Shown: positions 20,850 to 30,775, counted from the stretch's first letter. The stretch is 64,000 nucleotides of DNA from an uncultured delta proteobacterium (GCA_963771465.1 CAVYTU010000017.1:1100641-1164640), one strand, 5' to 3'. The notes: generated by a model not told the origin, from the sequence alone. Numbers and translations are program-made.

Positions 20850-22049
20850 TTAAGCGAACGGCTTCGCGCTTTGCGCGACTTCAATCGGAGTGGGAAACGT
20901 AAACTCCTCATTGCTGGCGTGGTCGAGTCCATAGCGGAGCAATTCCTGCACATCTAACTTCGCCTCGTCCGCTTCCACTTCAGCAAATCTCGCCTTGGTC
21001 GCCGGATGCTTTGGCACGAATAGCTGGCAGCAGTCCTGATCCGGCACTGCGGAAATATCGAATGTGCCGATGCGGCGCGACTGATCGACGATCTCCTGCT
21101 TATCCATGCCGACTAGCGGCCGCAGAATCGCCATCCGCGCCGCTTGCTGGATCACTGCCATGTTGTCCAGGGTTTGCGAGGCCACTTGGCCAAGGCTCTC
21201 GCCGGTGATCAGCGCTTTGGCTTTTTCTTTTCTGGCGATCGCTTCGCCGATGCGCAGCATCATGCGCCGGTAAAGCACGACGCGAAGCGGGCGCGCCACA
21301 GCGGCTACGATCTGGCGTTGGATTTCTCCGAAGGGCACCATGTAAAGCCTCGACTTGAACTGATGACGCGTGAGCAAGGCGACCAGCTCCCGCACTTTTT
21401 CTTGCGATGTTTTGTCCTGGTACGGCGCGCTGTGAAAATGAACAAAGACGATGCGGCAGCCGCGCTGCATCATCCGATAAGCCGCTACCGGCGAATCGAA
21501 GCCACCGGAGATCAGCGTCACGACCCGGCCGCTGGCGCCCACGGGCAAGCCGCCGGCACCGGCAAGTTTGTTAAAACCAAAAAAAGCGTCGCGTGGCAGG
21601 ACTTCCACCGTGACGGTGAACTCGGCATTCATCAAATCGACCCGCGCGCCGGTTTTTTCCTTCACCGCGGCGCCGAGCTGGCGATTGATCTCGGGCGACG
21701 TGAGCGGAAAAGTTTTATCACCGCGCTGGGTTTCGATACGAAATGATTCGAAGCGGCTGCCGTTGAGCGACGCAAGAATGCGGCTGCGCAAAGCGTCGAT
21801 ATCTCGCTCCGTGCGCTCGACAATGGAAAAATTGGCGACGCCAAACACTGAACGGATGCGTTCGATCGCGACATCGGCATTGACGTCGTTCTTGAAAGTG
21901 AGCAGCAGGCGAGCGGGCAGGCTGCGGATTTCCTTGGCACCGAGGTCTTTGACGGCCGCGAGAATGTTGCGCTTGAGCAGCTCGGTGAAATAAGCGCGAT
22001 TACCTTTCTTGAGCGCGATTTCGTGATAGCGAATCAGAACGGAATCCAT
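20850..22049 (-). CDS. thiI: tRNA 4-thiouridine synthase ThiI (THUMP + PP-loop, no rhodanese domain)
   Basis: RYHEIALKKGNR, SGGFDS PP-loop, TGESLGQVASQT, DQDCC. Confidence 0.92.
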   Translation of the reverse strand: MDSVLIRYHEIALKKGNRAYFTELLKRNILAAVKDLGAKEIRSLPARLLLTFKNDVNADVAIERIRSVFGVANFSIVERTERDIDALRSRILASLNGSRFESFRIETQRGDKTFPLTSPEINRQLGAAVKEKTGARVDLMNAEFTVTVEVLPRDAFFGFNKLAGAGGLPVGASGRVVTLISGGFDSPVAAYRMMQRGCRIVFVHFHSAPYQDKTSQEKVRELVALLTRHQFKSRLYMVPFGEIQRQIVAAVARPLRVVLYRRMMLRIGEAIARKEKAKALITGESLGQVASQTLDNMAVIQQAARMAILRPLVGMDKQEIVDQSRRIGTFDISAVPDQDCCQLFVPKHPATKARFAEVEADEAKLDVQELLRYGLDHASNEEFTFPTPIEVAQSAKPFA

Positions 22050-22131
22050 GAGGTAGAGATAACAGAATCATCTTGCTTTTGCATGCCGGCGACCCTGTGC
22101 TAGTATCTCATGCAGTGAATAGGAGTCAGCT

Positions 22132-22458
22132 ATGAGCAACTTCAAAAAACTGTCCGATGCCATGCAGTTTTCACCGGAAAAGATGAAAAAAAATGGCGTC
22201 TTCGAAACGGACCATTTTTTTTGCGATACGTACTGTTTCGAACCTGGACAGAGCCAGAGCCCGCATACCCATGCCCACGAAGATAAAATTTACTATGTGC
22301 TCGAAGGGCGAGGGTCGTTTACCATTGGCGATGAAGAACGCGAGTTGGGCGCCGGCGAGATCGCGCTGGCGCCGGCTGGGCAGAATCACGGCGTTGCCAA
22401 CCGCAGCCAACAGAGACTCGTGACCCTGGTATTCGTCACGCCGAAGCCGCACCATTAA
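22132..22458 (+). CDS. Cupin domain protein
   Basis: HTHAHED..YYVLEG and PAGQNHG cupin motifs. Confidence 0.85.
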   Translation: MSNFKKLSDAMQFSPEKMKKNGVFETDHFFCDTYCFEPGQSQSPHTHAHEDKIYYVLEGRGSFTIGDEERELGAGEIALAPAGQNHGVANRSQQRLVTLVFVTPKPHH

Positions 22459-22883
22459 TGATTATGACTGCCGAACAAGAAGTCACCGAAGCCAACGCCG
22501 GCTTTTATCGTGCTTTTGAAACCCTGAAGCTCGACGCCATGGAACTCGTGTGGGCCAAGGACGCCGATATCCAGTGCGGCCACCCGGGTTGGCGCATCCT
22601 GCGCGGTTGGGGGCCGGTGATGGAGAGTTGGAAGCGCATCTTCGAAAATACGCCATCGATGACGTTCGAGCTAACAGACGTGAAAGTCGAGGTGCGCGGC
22701 GAATTGGCGTGGGTGACGCTCTACGAAAACTTGAACAGCACGATCGAGGGCCAGAATTATTCAGCCGCCATACTCACGACTAATATGTTCCAGAAGACTT
22801 CTGAAGGTTGGCGCATGATTTTGCATCATGGGTCATCCGTGTCACAGCCGCCGGATCAAGACGAGAGTTCGACGGTTCATTAG
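22458..22883 (+). CDS. SnoaL-like / NTF2-fold protein
   Basis: ANAGFYRAFE, CGHPGW, WRMILHHGS. Confidence 0.8.
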   Translation: MIMTAEQEVTEANAGFYRAFETLKLDAMELVWAKDADIQCGHPGWRILRGWGPVMESWKRIFENTPSMTFELTDVKVEVRGELAWVTLYENLNSTIEGQNYSAAILTTNMFQKTSEGWRMILHHGSSVSQPPDQDESSTVH

Positions 22884-22916
22884 ACCGTTGCAATTGTTGC
22901 GCGGATAGGCAGCTCG

Positions 22917-23114
22917 ATGAAACAGTTCGTCAAACGTGCCGCCGGATTTCTGTTTGTCTTACTGTGCTTCATTACCTACATGTTCTTGTATCCTCAGTTG
23001 TACGACATCGTTGGTAAAATCCCATCACTCTTACTGTTCGTCGTCTTGATCTTCGTATGTTCGGGGGTTTATGGGTTTATCGTGAGTAGATCAGAACGCG
23101 GAGAGGGGCATTGA
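22917..23114 (+). CDS. Small two-TM membrane protein
   Basis: Two hydrophobic stretches; stop overlaps the next start. Confidence 0.55.
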   Translation: MKQFVKRAAGFLFVLLCFITYMFLYPQLYDIVGKIPSLLLFVVLIFVCSGVYGFIVSRSERGEGH

Positions 23115-23824
23115 GTTTGCGCGTTATTCAGGGAAAAACTGCATTGGTCACCGGCGCGGGGCGAGGCATCGGACGGGCGATCGCAATCGCGCTTGCCAAG
23201 GCAGGTTGTGACGTGTGCATCACCGCGCGCAGCATCGATCAACTTCTCGACGTGCAAAAAGAGATTTATGCCGTCAAGGGCAAAGCCGTACCGATTCAAG
23301 CCGATTTGACTCGTGACGACGATCTCGAAAGCTTAGTGCAATCCTGCGGCCCGGTGGATTTCCTGATCAATAATGCCGGTTGGGGCAAGCGCGCGCCGGT
23401 GGTGCGCTCGAAGATCGAGGATTGGGATCAAACCTTTCGCCTCAATCTGCGCGCGCCGATGATTCTGGCGCAAAAGTTTTTGCCGCCGATGATCGAGAAA
23501 GGCGCGGGCGCCGTCATCAATATCGGCTCGGTGTCAGGTAAGAGCGGCGAAGCCAACGGCGCGGCCTACTCGGCGTCCAAGTTCGGTCTAATAGGCTTTA
23601 CAGAATCGCTCTACGAAGAAGTCAGAGAACACGGTATCAAAGTTACGGTAATTCTGCCCGGCTTCGTCGACACACCGATGATTCCGCCGGTCAAACACTT
23701 GGATCGGAGTAAGATGATCCAAGCCGACGACGTAGCGCAAGCCGTACTCTACGTTCTCAATTCGCCGCCGACGAGTTGTCCAGTCGAAATCTCCATCCGG
23801 CCGCAGCGCACGCCGTACCGGTAG
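23111..23824 (+). CDS. Short-chain dehydrogenase/reductase
   Basis: TGAGRGIG, NNAG, YSASK. Confidence 0.9.
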   Translation: MSLRVIQGKTALVTGAGRGIGRAIAIALAKAGCDVCITARSIDQLLDVQKEIYAVKGKAVPIQADLTRDDDLESLVQSCGPVDFLINNAGWGKRAPVVRSKIEDWDQTFRLNLRAPMILAQKFLPPMIEKGAGAVINIGSVSGKSGEANGAAYSASKFGLIGFTESLYEEVREHGIKVTVILPGFVDTPMIPPVKHLDRSKMIQADDVAQAVLYVLNSPPTSCPVEISIRPQRTPYR

Positions 23825-23913
23825 ATTGCATTAGCCGACGGGTTGTCATGGCTGAATTGAACTGTAGCACCTTACAGTTCAAAGCTACGGCGTACAAGTA
23901 TCCTGTTGTAGGC

Positions 23914-24028
23914 ATACTGACCAGTATATTGGAAAAACCGCGAATAGAGGCTGGTTGACAAGTGGTTGATCGTAAAATTAAGGCGGGCAACTGTGATTCT
24001 TTGATTCCACCAACATACTGGTCAGTAT
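23914..24028. promoter_or_regulatory. Pair of TetR-type operator-like palindromes
   Basis: ATACTGACCAGTAT (23914-23927) and its reverse complement ATACTGGTCAGTAT (24015-24028), upstream of the epimerase gene. Confidence 0.55.
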
Positions 24029-24064
24029 ACTCAATCGTTATGCCGCGTAAGGAGAGAGGTCGCA

Positions 24065-25006
24065 ATGAAGGTTTTTGTCGCAGGTAGCACTGGGGTGGTC
24101 GGTAAGAACCTTGTGCCCCATTTGGTAGAGATGGGACACGAGGTGGTGGCCCTAGCGCGCACCCCCCAGAAAGGCAAGGAAGTGGCGGCGCTCGGAGCGA
24201 AGGCCACTGTTGCCGACGCGCTCGATAAGGACGAACTAACGGCAGCCATCAGGCGAGCGGTGCCGGAGGTGATCATCCATCAACTCACTGCTCTCGTGGG
24301 CGTTGGCAATTTTAAGAAGCTCGACGACGAGTTCGCGCTAACAAATCGTTTCCGTACCGAGGTTACGGACACCATGCTGGCGGCTGCACGTCTTGTGGGC
24401 GCGCGACGATTCATCGCGCAGAGCTTCTGCGGCTGGCCGTTCGCGCGTGAGGGCGGCCCGGTTAAAATCGAGGAGGATCTACTCGACCCAACTCCCCCTG
24501 CCAGCTTCAGCAAGACTTTAGCGGCGATTCGCTACCTTGAGGAAGCGGTCCGCAGGGCCACAGATATCGAGGCTTTCGCGTTGCGTTATGGGTTCTTCTA
24601 CGGGCCTGGGACCTCGATCGCGAAGGGCGCGGCAATCGTCGAGCTCATCCGCAGGCGTCGGATCCCAATCGTGGGTAACGGTGCCGGCATCTGGTCGTTC
24701 ATCCACATCCACGACGTCGCCCGGGCGACGGTCGCGGCGGTGTCTCGCGGTGCACCCGGGATCTATAATGTCGTCGATGATGATCCAGCGCCTGTATCAA
24801 CTTGGCTGCCCTTCCTTGCGGATGTCCTTGGCGCCAAGCCACCGTGGAACGTGCCAGTCTGGCTCGGCAAGGTCGCGATCGGTGATGGCGGCGTGTCGAT
24901 GATGACGCAGATCCGGGGCGGCTCCAACGCTAAGGCTAAGCGCGAGTTCGGGTGGCAGCCAATTTACCCGAGCTGGCGGCGTGGCTTCGTCGAAGGGCTT
25001 GGATAG
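24065..25006 (+). CDS. NAD-dependent epimerase/dehydratase family protein
   Basis: VFVAGSTGVVG Rossmann motif, LRYGFFYGPG, SFIHIHD. Confidence 0.88.
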   Translation: MKVFVAGSTGVVGKNLVPHLVEMGHEVVALARTPQKGKEVAALGAKATVADALDKDELTAAIRRAVPEVIIHQLTALVGVGNFKKLDDEFALTNRFRTEVTDTMLAAARLVGARRFIAQSFCGWPFAREGGPVKIEEDLLDPTPPASFSKTLAAIRYLEEAVRRATDIEAFALRYGFFYGPGTSIAKGAAIVELIRRRRIPIVGNGAGIWSFIHIHDVARATVAAVSRGAPGIYNVVDDDPAPVSTWLPFLADVLGAKPPWNVPVWLGKVAIGDGGVSMMTQIRGGSNAKAKREFGWQPIYPSWRRGFVEGLG

Positions 25007-25036
25007 CCTCATACGAGCAACTGAGAACATTGCCGA

Positions 25037-25340
25037 TTGATCTGGGATTCAATCACGAGAATCGGTGTTTCATCCGTATGTGTGCGCCTTTCTGAACACC
25101 GTGATCCATGGGTCCGCTCTAATTCGCTTCTCGGTCTCTCTTGCGCAGCCCGCTTCCGAGGGAAAGTCGACAAAAATGTTGTAAAGCCCGTGCTGTTACG
25201 TGCCCTGAAGGATTGTGATTTGAGATTTGCAGCCGTTGCTGCAAGAGGTCATTGATGACATCAATCATCTGAAGAATTGGCGCATAGGCGGAGCGAAAAG
25301 ACAAAAGAAAATAGAAGCCAGATATGAAAGAAAAAAAGGG
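25037..25340 (+). pseudogene. HEAT-repeat-like protein fragment (frameshifted cassette gene)
   Basis: HRDPWVRSNSLLGL...LLRALKD continues in another frame (VIDDINHLKNW) and runs into an attC. Confidence 0.45.
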
Positions 25341-25430
25341 CTAACCATGCGCTTGCAGAGAACCGGCAGATCGCCCTCTGGTTGCCATCCACGCCTCCCG
25401 CGGGGCGGTCGCTGAGCTTGGTAGTTATGC
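25339..25430 (+). mobile_element. Integron attC site
   Basis: R'' GGCTAAC (25339-45), then CATGCGCTTGCAGAGAACCG ... CGGTCGCTGAGCT, and R' GTTATGC (25424-30). Confidence 0.7.
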
Positions 25431-25500
25431 TTCTACGTCATAGCTTAATTGGCCACCATTCTGTCAAACTTCCGCACCTCAGCCCAGTACCGGGGCGGTA

Positions 25501-26210
25501 TCAACAAACTGTGGATGACAGATCGAAGATTACACCGCTCAACGATCCCGTACGCACGGATGAGGCTGGGGAGCAATTTATTCGGGCTGAGAAGAGTAGG
25601 CGGCGCACCTCGTCAGGTACGAGCAACGCCTGCACCTGAAGCAATAAGTGATAACGCCAAAAGCCCAGGTGCCGGCGGTACTGCCGGAAGAGAAGTGCGG
25701 TATTCCGGCTGTAAGCGAGATCGCGGTCGAGGTGGCGCCACCGGTCCCGTCGCCATTCATCATAAGTCGCCGGTAACTCTGAGACGCGTAGCTCGTCGCC
25801 GATCCGTCGGAATACTGTGTACAAATCATATTGCTGAGAGGCCGAGAGCGGTCTGTAGAGCACCCGATAAGCGCGCTCCGAGTAATCAACGAGCATGTAG
25901 AGCACGTCGCGGTAGGCCCAATCCGGGATGGTTTGCCCGCGCTGGCGCTCGACCGATTCGTGTATCGCGTTTATGCGGCTAAGCGTATGCCGCGCCGTCT
26001 CTTCAGTTGCGAATACGATCTCCTGGGCGTAGCGGACTGTGGAGAAAAGTCGTCCTATGGGTCTCGGGGAATGTTACCGGTGAAGAAGAGCCAGTCGACG
26101 GCCCGGTTGAGCGCGAACTCCGCTGCCGAGCCTGCAAAGATAAGCAGTATGAGATCGGGGCTGCCCCAGATTGTACGTACGATTGAACGCCGGTCGACGA
26201 AATCACGCAT
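25501..26210 (-). pseudogene. Oxygenase MpaB/DUF2236-like protein, frameshifted, reverse-oriented in cassette
   Basis: ATG 26210 MRDFVDRRSIVRTIWGSPDLILLIFAGSAAEFALNRAVDWLFFTG; frameshift near 26060; continues ...INAIHESVE...AYRDVLYMLVDYSERAY. Confidence 0.65.
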
Positions 26211-26286
26211 CGCAAGCTAGCCGCCCTTGTGCAAGTAAGTTCGCTCGCGAGATACTGTAGCGCAGTCGGACGAGGGAAGGAGCGAA

Positions 26287-26370
26287 GCATAATAACGGCA
26301 TGCAGCGGACGCGCAACAAGCAGGTCTACTTATCATCAAAGGCTCGCGCGCGCGGCTGATGCGCTTAGAC
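26287..26370 (+). mobile_element. Degenerate integron attC site
   Basis: GCATAAT (one mismatch from the complement of the upstream GTTATGC), AACGGCATGCAGCGGACGCGC ... GCGCGGCTGATGCGC; R' eroded (CTTAGAC). Confidence 0.55.
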
Positions 26371-26539
26371 CTAGGATCGAACTGAATTGTCCATCTACTT
26401 AATCTTGTGCGATTAGATTGTAGCGTCGTTCAGTTCAATCCCACAAAGGAATGGTCAACTTCTTCCCTTTTGCTCACATCTTGCCGTCCCTTTAGAGGAA
26501 AGGCAGGTCGAAAAAGGATAAACCGCCTGGAGTCGAAGC

Positions 26540-26962
26540 CGGACCAGGATCGAGGCCTCGCGCAAATGCGGCGCGTCCTCAAGCCTGGAGGTTGTCTTGC
26601 TATATCTACTTGGAAAGTCGCGCAAGGCGCCGACTTTACATCCAATTCTGAAAGAAATAGGAATTTCTCCCAGTCGCAATCCTGGCGGGATAACCGAACC
26701 GGATATTCTCGAAGCCTTAATTCTCTGCAATGGGTTCACTGGCATTAGCGTAAAGATGGATTCAATGGATTTTCGCTATGCTAATGCGGAGGAGGTGTGG
26801 CAGACCGGACGCGGTACCGGGATGCGCCGCACTCTTGATACTCTCGATGCCACGCAAAAACAGCGCGCGCTTTCGTTATTTACTGAACGCATGAAACCGC
26901 ATCAGCGTGACGACGGGTTTTACCTTAGGGCGACGGCCCTCTTGGCTGTGGCGAGAAGCTGA
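26540..26962 (+). pseudogene. Class I SAM methyltransferase C-terminal fragment
   Basis: PDQDRGLAQMRRVLKPGGCLAISTW, then a frameshift into ORF 26597-26962; no N-terminal SAM motif. Confidence 0.6.
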
Positions 26963-26974
26963 TTCTCAAAGCCA

Positions 26975-27104
26975 CCAAACCCGCCGACCTACCGCTGGAA
27001 CAGCCAAAAAGTTTGAGCTGATCGTCAACCTCAAAGCCGCGAAGCAGATCGGCCTCACGATTCTGCAGAGAGTGCTAGGGCGAGCGGATAAGGTGATCAA
27101 GTAA
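26975..27104 (+). pseudogene. C-terminal remnant of an ABC_sub_bind-type substrate-binding protein
   Basis: KPADLPLEQP / KKFELIVNLKAAKQIGLTI..VLGRADKVIK is the characteristic C-terminus of that family. Confidence 0.7.
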
Positions 27105-27257
27105 TTTTAGAAAGCCAACGGGAACGCTACGATTGAACTGAATTCTCCTACCATTAAAACATGCGAGCTTTTCCCGAATTGTTGATCGTTTAAAATTTTT
27201 AGAAACTCACCGTGAATTGTTGACCGCGCGCGGTGCGAGAACTCACTAGCGGCGCTG

Positions 27258-27941
27258 TTACCTGCAAAGGCTATTGAGAAAATCGACCGTGACCGCTTCC
27301 AGGGTTTTGACGACAGCGTTGGCCTCATTGAGCAGTACCGCCGGATACGAGTTGGTCACCGCCAGACATTTCATGCCTGCGCTGCGCGCGCCTTTAATGC
27401 CTTCTTTGGAGTCTTCGATGACGACGCATTCGCTCGCGACGATCGGAGTGCGGTTGCTGTTCTGCTGATTCAACGCGGCCAGCGCTTTAAGAAATACATC
27501 AGGCTCCGGTTTACCTCGTTCCACATCTTCAGCGCTGATGATTACTTTGAAGTGATTGATAAGGCCGGCGGTCGTGAGGATGGTTTCGATTTCGTTCCGC
27601 AGCGCGCCGGAGGCGACGGCCAACGGTAAGTTTTCAGCGAGGTCGACGACCAGCGATTTTACACCGGGAAAGATCGCCACATGATTACGGATGGCTTCCT
27701 GGTAATAGACAGCTTTGCGCTCGATTAACTCCGCCAGTTTGTCATGGCTCAATGAGCGATTGTGCTCGCGATAGCCGAAGCTGAAGGCGCCGCGGTCGTC
27801 GAAGCCAAGGTAGCGGGCGTAGTAGGCGTCTTTGGTTAAGGCAATTCCTTCCTCCGCAAAGACCTTTTGAAACAGCTCGAAGTGGATCGGTTCGTCGTCG
27901 ACGATGATGCCGTTGAAGTCGAAAATTACCGCGCGCAGCAT
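27258..27941 (-). CDS. HAD-superfamily phosphatase
   Basis: IFDFNG, GKPEPD, IEDS motifs. Confidence 0.88.
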   Translation of the reverse strand: MLRAVIFDFNGIIVDDEPIHFELFQKVFAEEGIALTKDAYYARYLGFDDRGAFSFGYREHNRSLSHDKLAELIERKAVYYQEAIRNHVAIFPGVKSLVVDLAENLPLAVASGALRNEIETILTTAGLINHFKVIISAEDVERGKPEPDVFLKALAALNQQNSNRTPIVASECVVIEDSKEGIKGARSAGMKCLAVTNSYPAVLLNEANAVVKTLEAVTVDFLNSLCR

Positions 27942-28000
27942 GTTTTTAGCTTACAGGATTCGTCTTTTGTTTCAACGCGATCTGCGCTAGATAACAATCC

Positions 28001-28549
28001 ATGGCGTCAGATCATCACGCGCATCATGCCGGCCACGCCCATGGCCATATCGAATATCGTTACTGTCCGAAATGCGGCGGCGGCTTGGATAAAAAGATCG
28101 TTAAGAGCAACGAGCCACGGCGTTTGGTGTGCCAGGCTTGCGCCTTTATCTTCTATCAGGATCCGAAAGTCGTCGCCGGCACGGTGTTTACTTTGAACGG
28201 CGGCATTGTCTTGCTCAAACGCGGCGTCGAGCCGGCAATCGGCAAATGGGTTTTCCCAGGCGGCTATGTCGATCGCGGCGAAAGCGTGCAGGACGCGGCG
28301 GTACGTGAAACCAAGGAAGAGTGCCTACTCGATGTTAAGTTGGGACCGCTATTGAATGTTTATTCCTATCCGCGCTCACCAAGCGTCATCGTCGTTTACA
28401 CCGCCGAAGTGATCGGCGGCACGCTAACGGCCGCTGATGAATCAACCGAAGCCGAAGTTTTTGGTGTCAACGCCGTGCCCTGGCATGAGCTTGCCTTCGA
28501 TAGCACCAAGGACGCGCTCAACGACTACATCCGCGCCTATCTGAAATAA
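28001..28549 (+). CDS. NUDIX hydrolase with N-terminal zinc ribbon and His-rich leader
   Basis: CPKC..CQAC; Nudix box GGYVDRGESVQDAAVRETKEE. Confidence 0.9.
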   Translation: MASDHHAHHAGHAHGHIEYRYCPKCGGGLDKKIVKSNEPRRLVCQACAFIFYQDPKVVAGTVFTLNGGIVLLKRGVEPAIGKWVFPGGYVDRGESVQDAAVRETKEECLLDVKLGPLLNVYSYPRSPSVIVVYTAEVIGGTLTAADESTEAEVFGVNAVPWHELAFDSTKDALNDYIRAYLK

Positions 28550-28562
28550 TTCAGCTCAGTAT

Positions 28563-28643
28563 AAATCCCCCTCAATCCCCCTTTTTCAAAGGGGGAAGTT
28601 GAAAGAATCCCCCTCTTTGAAAAAGAGGGGTTAGGGGAGATTT
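28563..28643. repeat. REP-like bipartite hairpin element
   Basis: AAATCCCCCTCAATCCCCCTTTTTCAAAGGGGGA...TCCCCCTCTTTGAAAAAGAGGGGTTAGGGGAGATTT: outer inverted ends with two inner hairpins. Confidence 0.75.
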
Positions 28644-28725
28644 CTGGATTGGCGTGACACAAGATAACAAATGCCCGCGCGCTTGGTTAAAGCGGCGGGC
28701 CTCAAATGCTGAATTATGAATTGAC

Positions 28726-29037
28726 CTATCCCAGATCGACGAGCACGTCGTCGCCCTGGAGTTGCACTTCGAACTTCTCGGTGGGCAATGCCGGAATCAA
28801 TTCGTTTTCACCCGTCGTCACATTGTAGCGCCAGCCATGCCAGGGACAGATGACCGTGGTGCCATCCAGTTCGCCTTCGGCGAGCGGGCCGCCGCGGTGG
28901 CCGCAGACGTCATTGATCGCATAGAACTTGCCGTCGACATTGAACACGCCCACTGCTTTGCCATTGATCTCGATGCTCTTGCCGCATCCTGCTTTGACTT
29001 CACCCGCGGTGCAGACTTTAACGAAATTCGCCATCAC
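28726..29037 (-). CDS. Rieske [2Fe-2S] ferredoxin
   Basis: CGHRGG and CPWHGW. Confidence 0.92.
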   Translation of the reverse strand: MMANFVKVCTAGEVKAGCGKSIEINGKAVGVFNVDGKFYAINDVCGHRGGPLAEGELDGTTVICPWHGWRYNVTTGENELIPALPTEKFEVQLQGDDVLVDLG

Positions 29038-29096
29038 TGATTTCCTTTCTTAGCTGGCGCACGATTTTGCCTAATATACGGAGTTGAAGGCCGGTT

Positions 29097-30185
29097 TCAA
29101 GAGGACGGATGTGGCGGTGAGGCAAAGGGCAGGGCGGTCACGGTGGCCTGGATCGCGCCATTCTCACGAGGGATGGAAAGAGCGGTCCCAGGCGACCAGA
29201 AGTTTCTGTGAATGTAACCGAGTGCGATGGCTCGGTTGAGTGCAATCGATGCGACGGAGCTGGTGATCTTGCCGACTTCGTTACCGGCGGTGACAATCGC
29301 ATCGCCGGCGTTGGCTGGGGTATTGCCGTCGAGCAGTAGTCCGCAGAGTTTCCGGTTTACATGACCACGCGAGCGAATGCGTTCGACGACTTCTTGGCCG
29401 AGATAGCAACCTTTGGTGTAGCTATAGGAATTATCCAGGCCCACTTCGAGGAGCAAATTCTCTTCATTGAAATCGACGCCGTAACGCGGCATGCCGGCTT
29501 CGACGCGCAAGATATTCTGCGCCCGCGCGCCGACCCATGAGGCGCCGAGCTGTTCCAGTCGTTGAGCGAAGATTTGCAGGCAAGAATTTTGCACGATTAA
29601 ATCAAAGCCATTATGACCCGTGCGATCGGCGCGCACGACGCACACCGGCGCGCCGTCGAACTGAACTATCGTATGCCGATCGGGCTGCGCGGGCAGTTCG
29701 GTATTGGCAAAGAGTTTATCGAGGATGCTTTGCGCGCGCGGGCCTTGCAGCGACAGCATCGTCCATTGGTCGTTAGGATCGTTGATCTCGACTTCGTCGG
29801 CGACCAGGTAGCGATTGAGATGGGCGATAATTTTTTCTTTAAGCGGCTCCCAGAAATCCAAATAGATCGAGTTCATGGCGCAGAGCACGCGCACGTCAGC
29901 TATCACTCTGCCCTGCTGGGTGAGTATCGTAGCCTGCTGGCCGTCGAACATTTTCAACAAGCGGACATCGTTGGATAACATGCCTTGCAAGAAGGAAACG
30001 CGATCCGGTCCGGCGAATTGAAGCAGGGCGCGATGGGAGAGATCGAAAAGGCCGGCAGCGGTGCGGACCGATTGGTACTCGGCGGCAAAGTCGCCAAAGT
30101 GATCCGGCAAGCGCCAACCGTCTTGTTCGGCGAATACGGCGCCGTTTCGCTGGTGCAATTCCGTCAGTAGCGATTGCTTTGCCAT
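29097..30185 (-). CDS. ygfZ: Folate-binding YgfZ/GcvT-family protein
   Basis: KGCYLGQEVVERI signature. Confidence 0.82.
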   Translation of the reverse strand: MAKQSLLTELHQRNGAVFAEQDGWRLPDHFGDFAAEYQSVRTAAGLFDLSHRALLQFAGPDRVSFLQGMLSNDVRLLKMFDGQQATILTQQGRVIADVRVLCAMNSIYLDFWEPLKEKIIAHLNRYLVADEVEINDPNDQWTMLSLQGPRAQSILDKLFANTELPAQPDRHTIVQFDGAPVCVVRADRTGHNGFDLIVQNSCLQIFAQRLEQLGASWVGARAQNILRVEAGMPRYGVDFNEENLLLEVGLDNSYSYTKGCYLGQEVVERIRSRGHVNRKLCGLLLDGNTPANAGDAIVTAGNEVGKITSSVASIALNRAIALGYIHRNFWSPGTALSIPRENGAIQATVTALPFASPPHPSS

Positions 30186-30307
30186 CAGTCCGGAAATATA
30201 GCGTCAAGCGTCGATGATGACAATCGCTCGTCGCGGTTAACCGATGATTGATTGATAGTTTCTCGGTGTGATAGAGAGTAATCATCAACTAAATACGGAG
30301 GTAGCAA

Positions 30308-30775
30308 ATGGCAGGACTCGAAGGGCAGAAGGCACCGGCGTTCACATTGGCGGGAAGCGACGGTAAACAACACTCGCTCGCTGAATACGCCGGAAAAAAC
30401 GTAATTCTGTGGTTTTATCCGAAAGACGACACCCCTGGCTGAACCAAGGAAGCGTGCGGGTTCCGCGACGCTATCGAAACCGTGACGAAAGCCAATACCA
30501 TCGTCGTAGGTGTCAGCCCCGACGGCATTGATTCACACAACAGCTTTATCAGTAAATTCAATTTACCGTTCGTATTACTGTCCGATCCACAGAAGGATGC
30601 CATGAAAGCCTACGGGGCTTGGGGACCGCGCAAAAATGCCCAAGGCGAAGTGTCCGAGGGCACGATTCGCTCGACGGCTTTGATCGGACCCGACGGCACA
30701 ATCAAGAAACATTGGATTCCAGTCACTGACGCCGGAGCGCATCCGGCGGAAGTATTGGCTGTTCTCAACAACTAA
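30308..30775 (+). CDS. bcp: Selenocysteine-containing peroxiredoxin (BCP/PrxQ), copy 1
   Basis: GGAGG RBS, ATG 30308, MAGLEGQKAPAF...FYPKDDTPG-TGA(30440-42)-TKEACGFRD. In frame with ORF 30482-30775; 155 aa in total. Confidence 0.9.
30451..30472 (+). promoter_or_regulatory. Bacterial SECIS-like hairpin
   Basis: AGCGT-GCGG-GTT-CCGC-G-ACGCT starts 8 nt after the UGA; the G-led apical loop is ~17 nt downstream. Confidence 0.75.

Noticed and set aside
23859-23880. E. coli-type LexA box CTGT-N8-ACAG (23862-23877)
   Set aside because: It is part of a longer hairpin just after a stop codon, so a terminator-like role is equally likely; LexA specificity in this lineage is unknown.
30482-30775. ORF-track starts at 30482 and 34615 as separate small proteins
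   Set aside because: They are the C-terminal parts of the UGA-containing peroxiredoxins and lack the active site.
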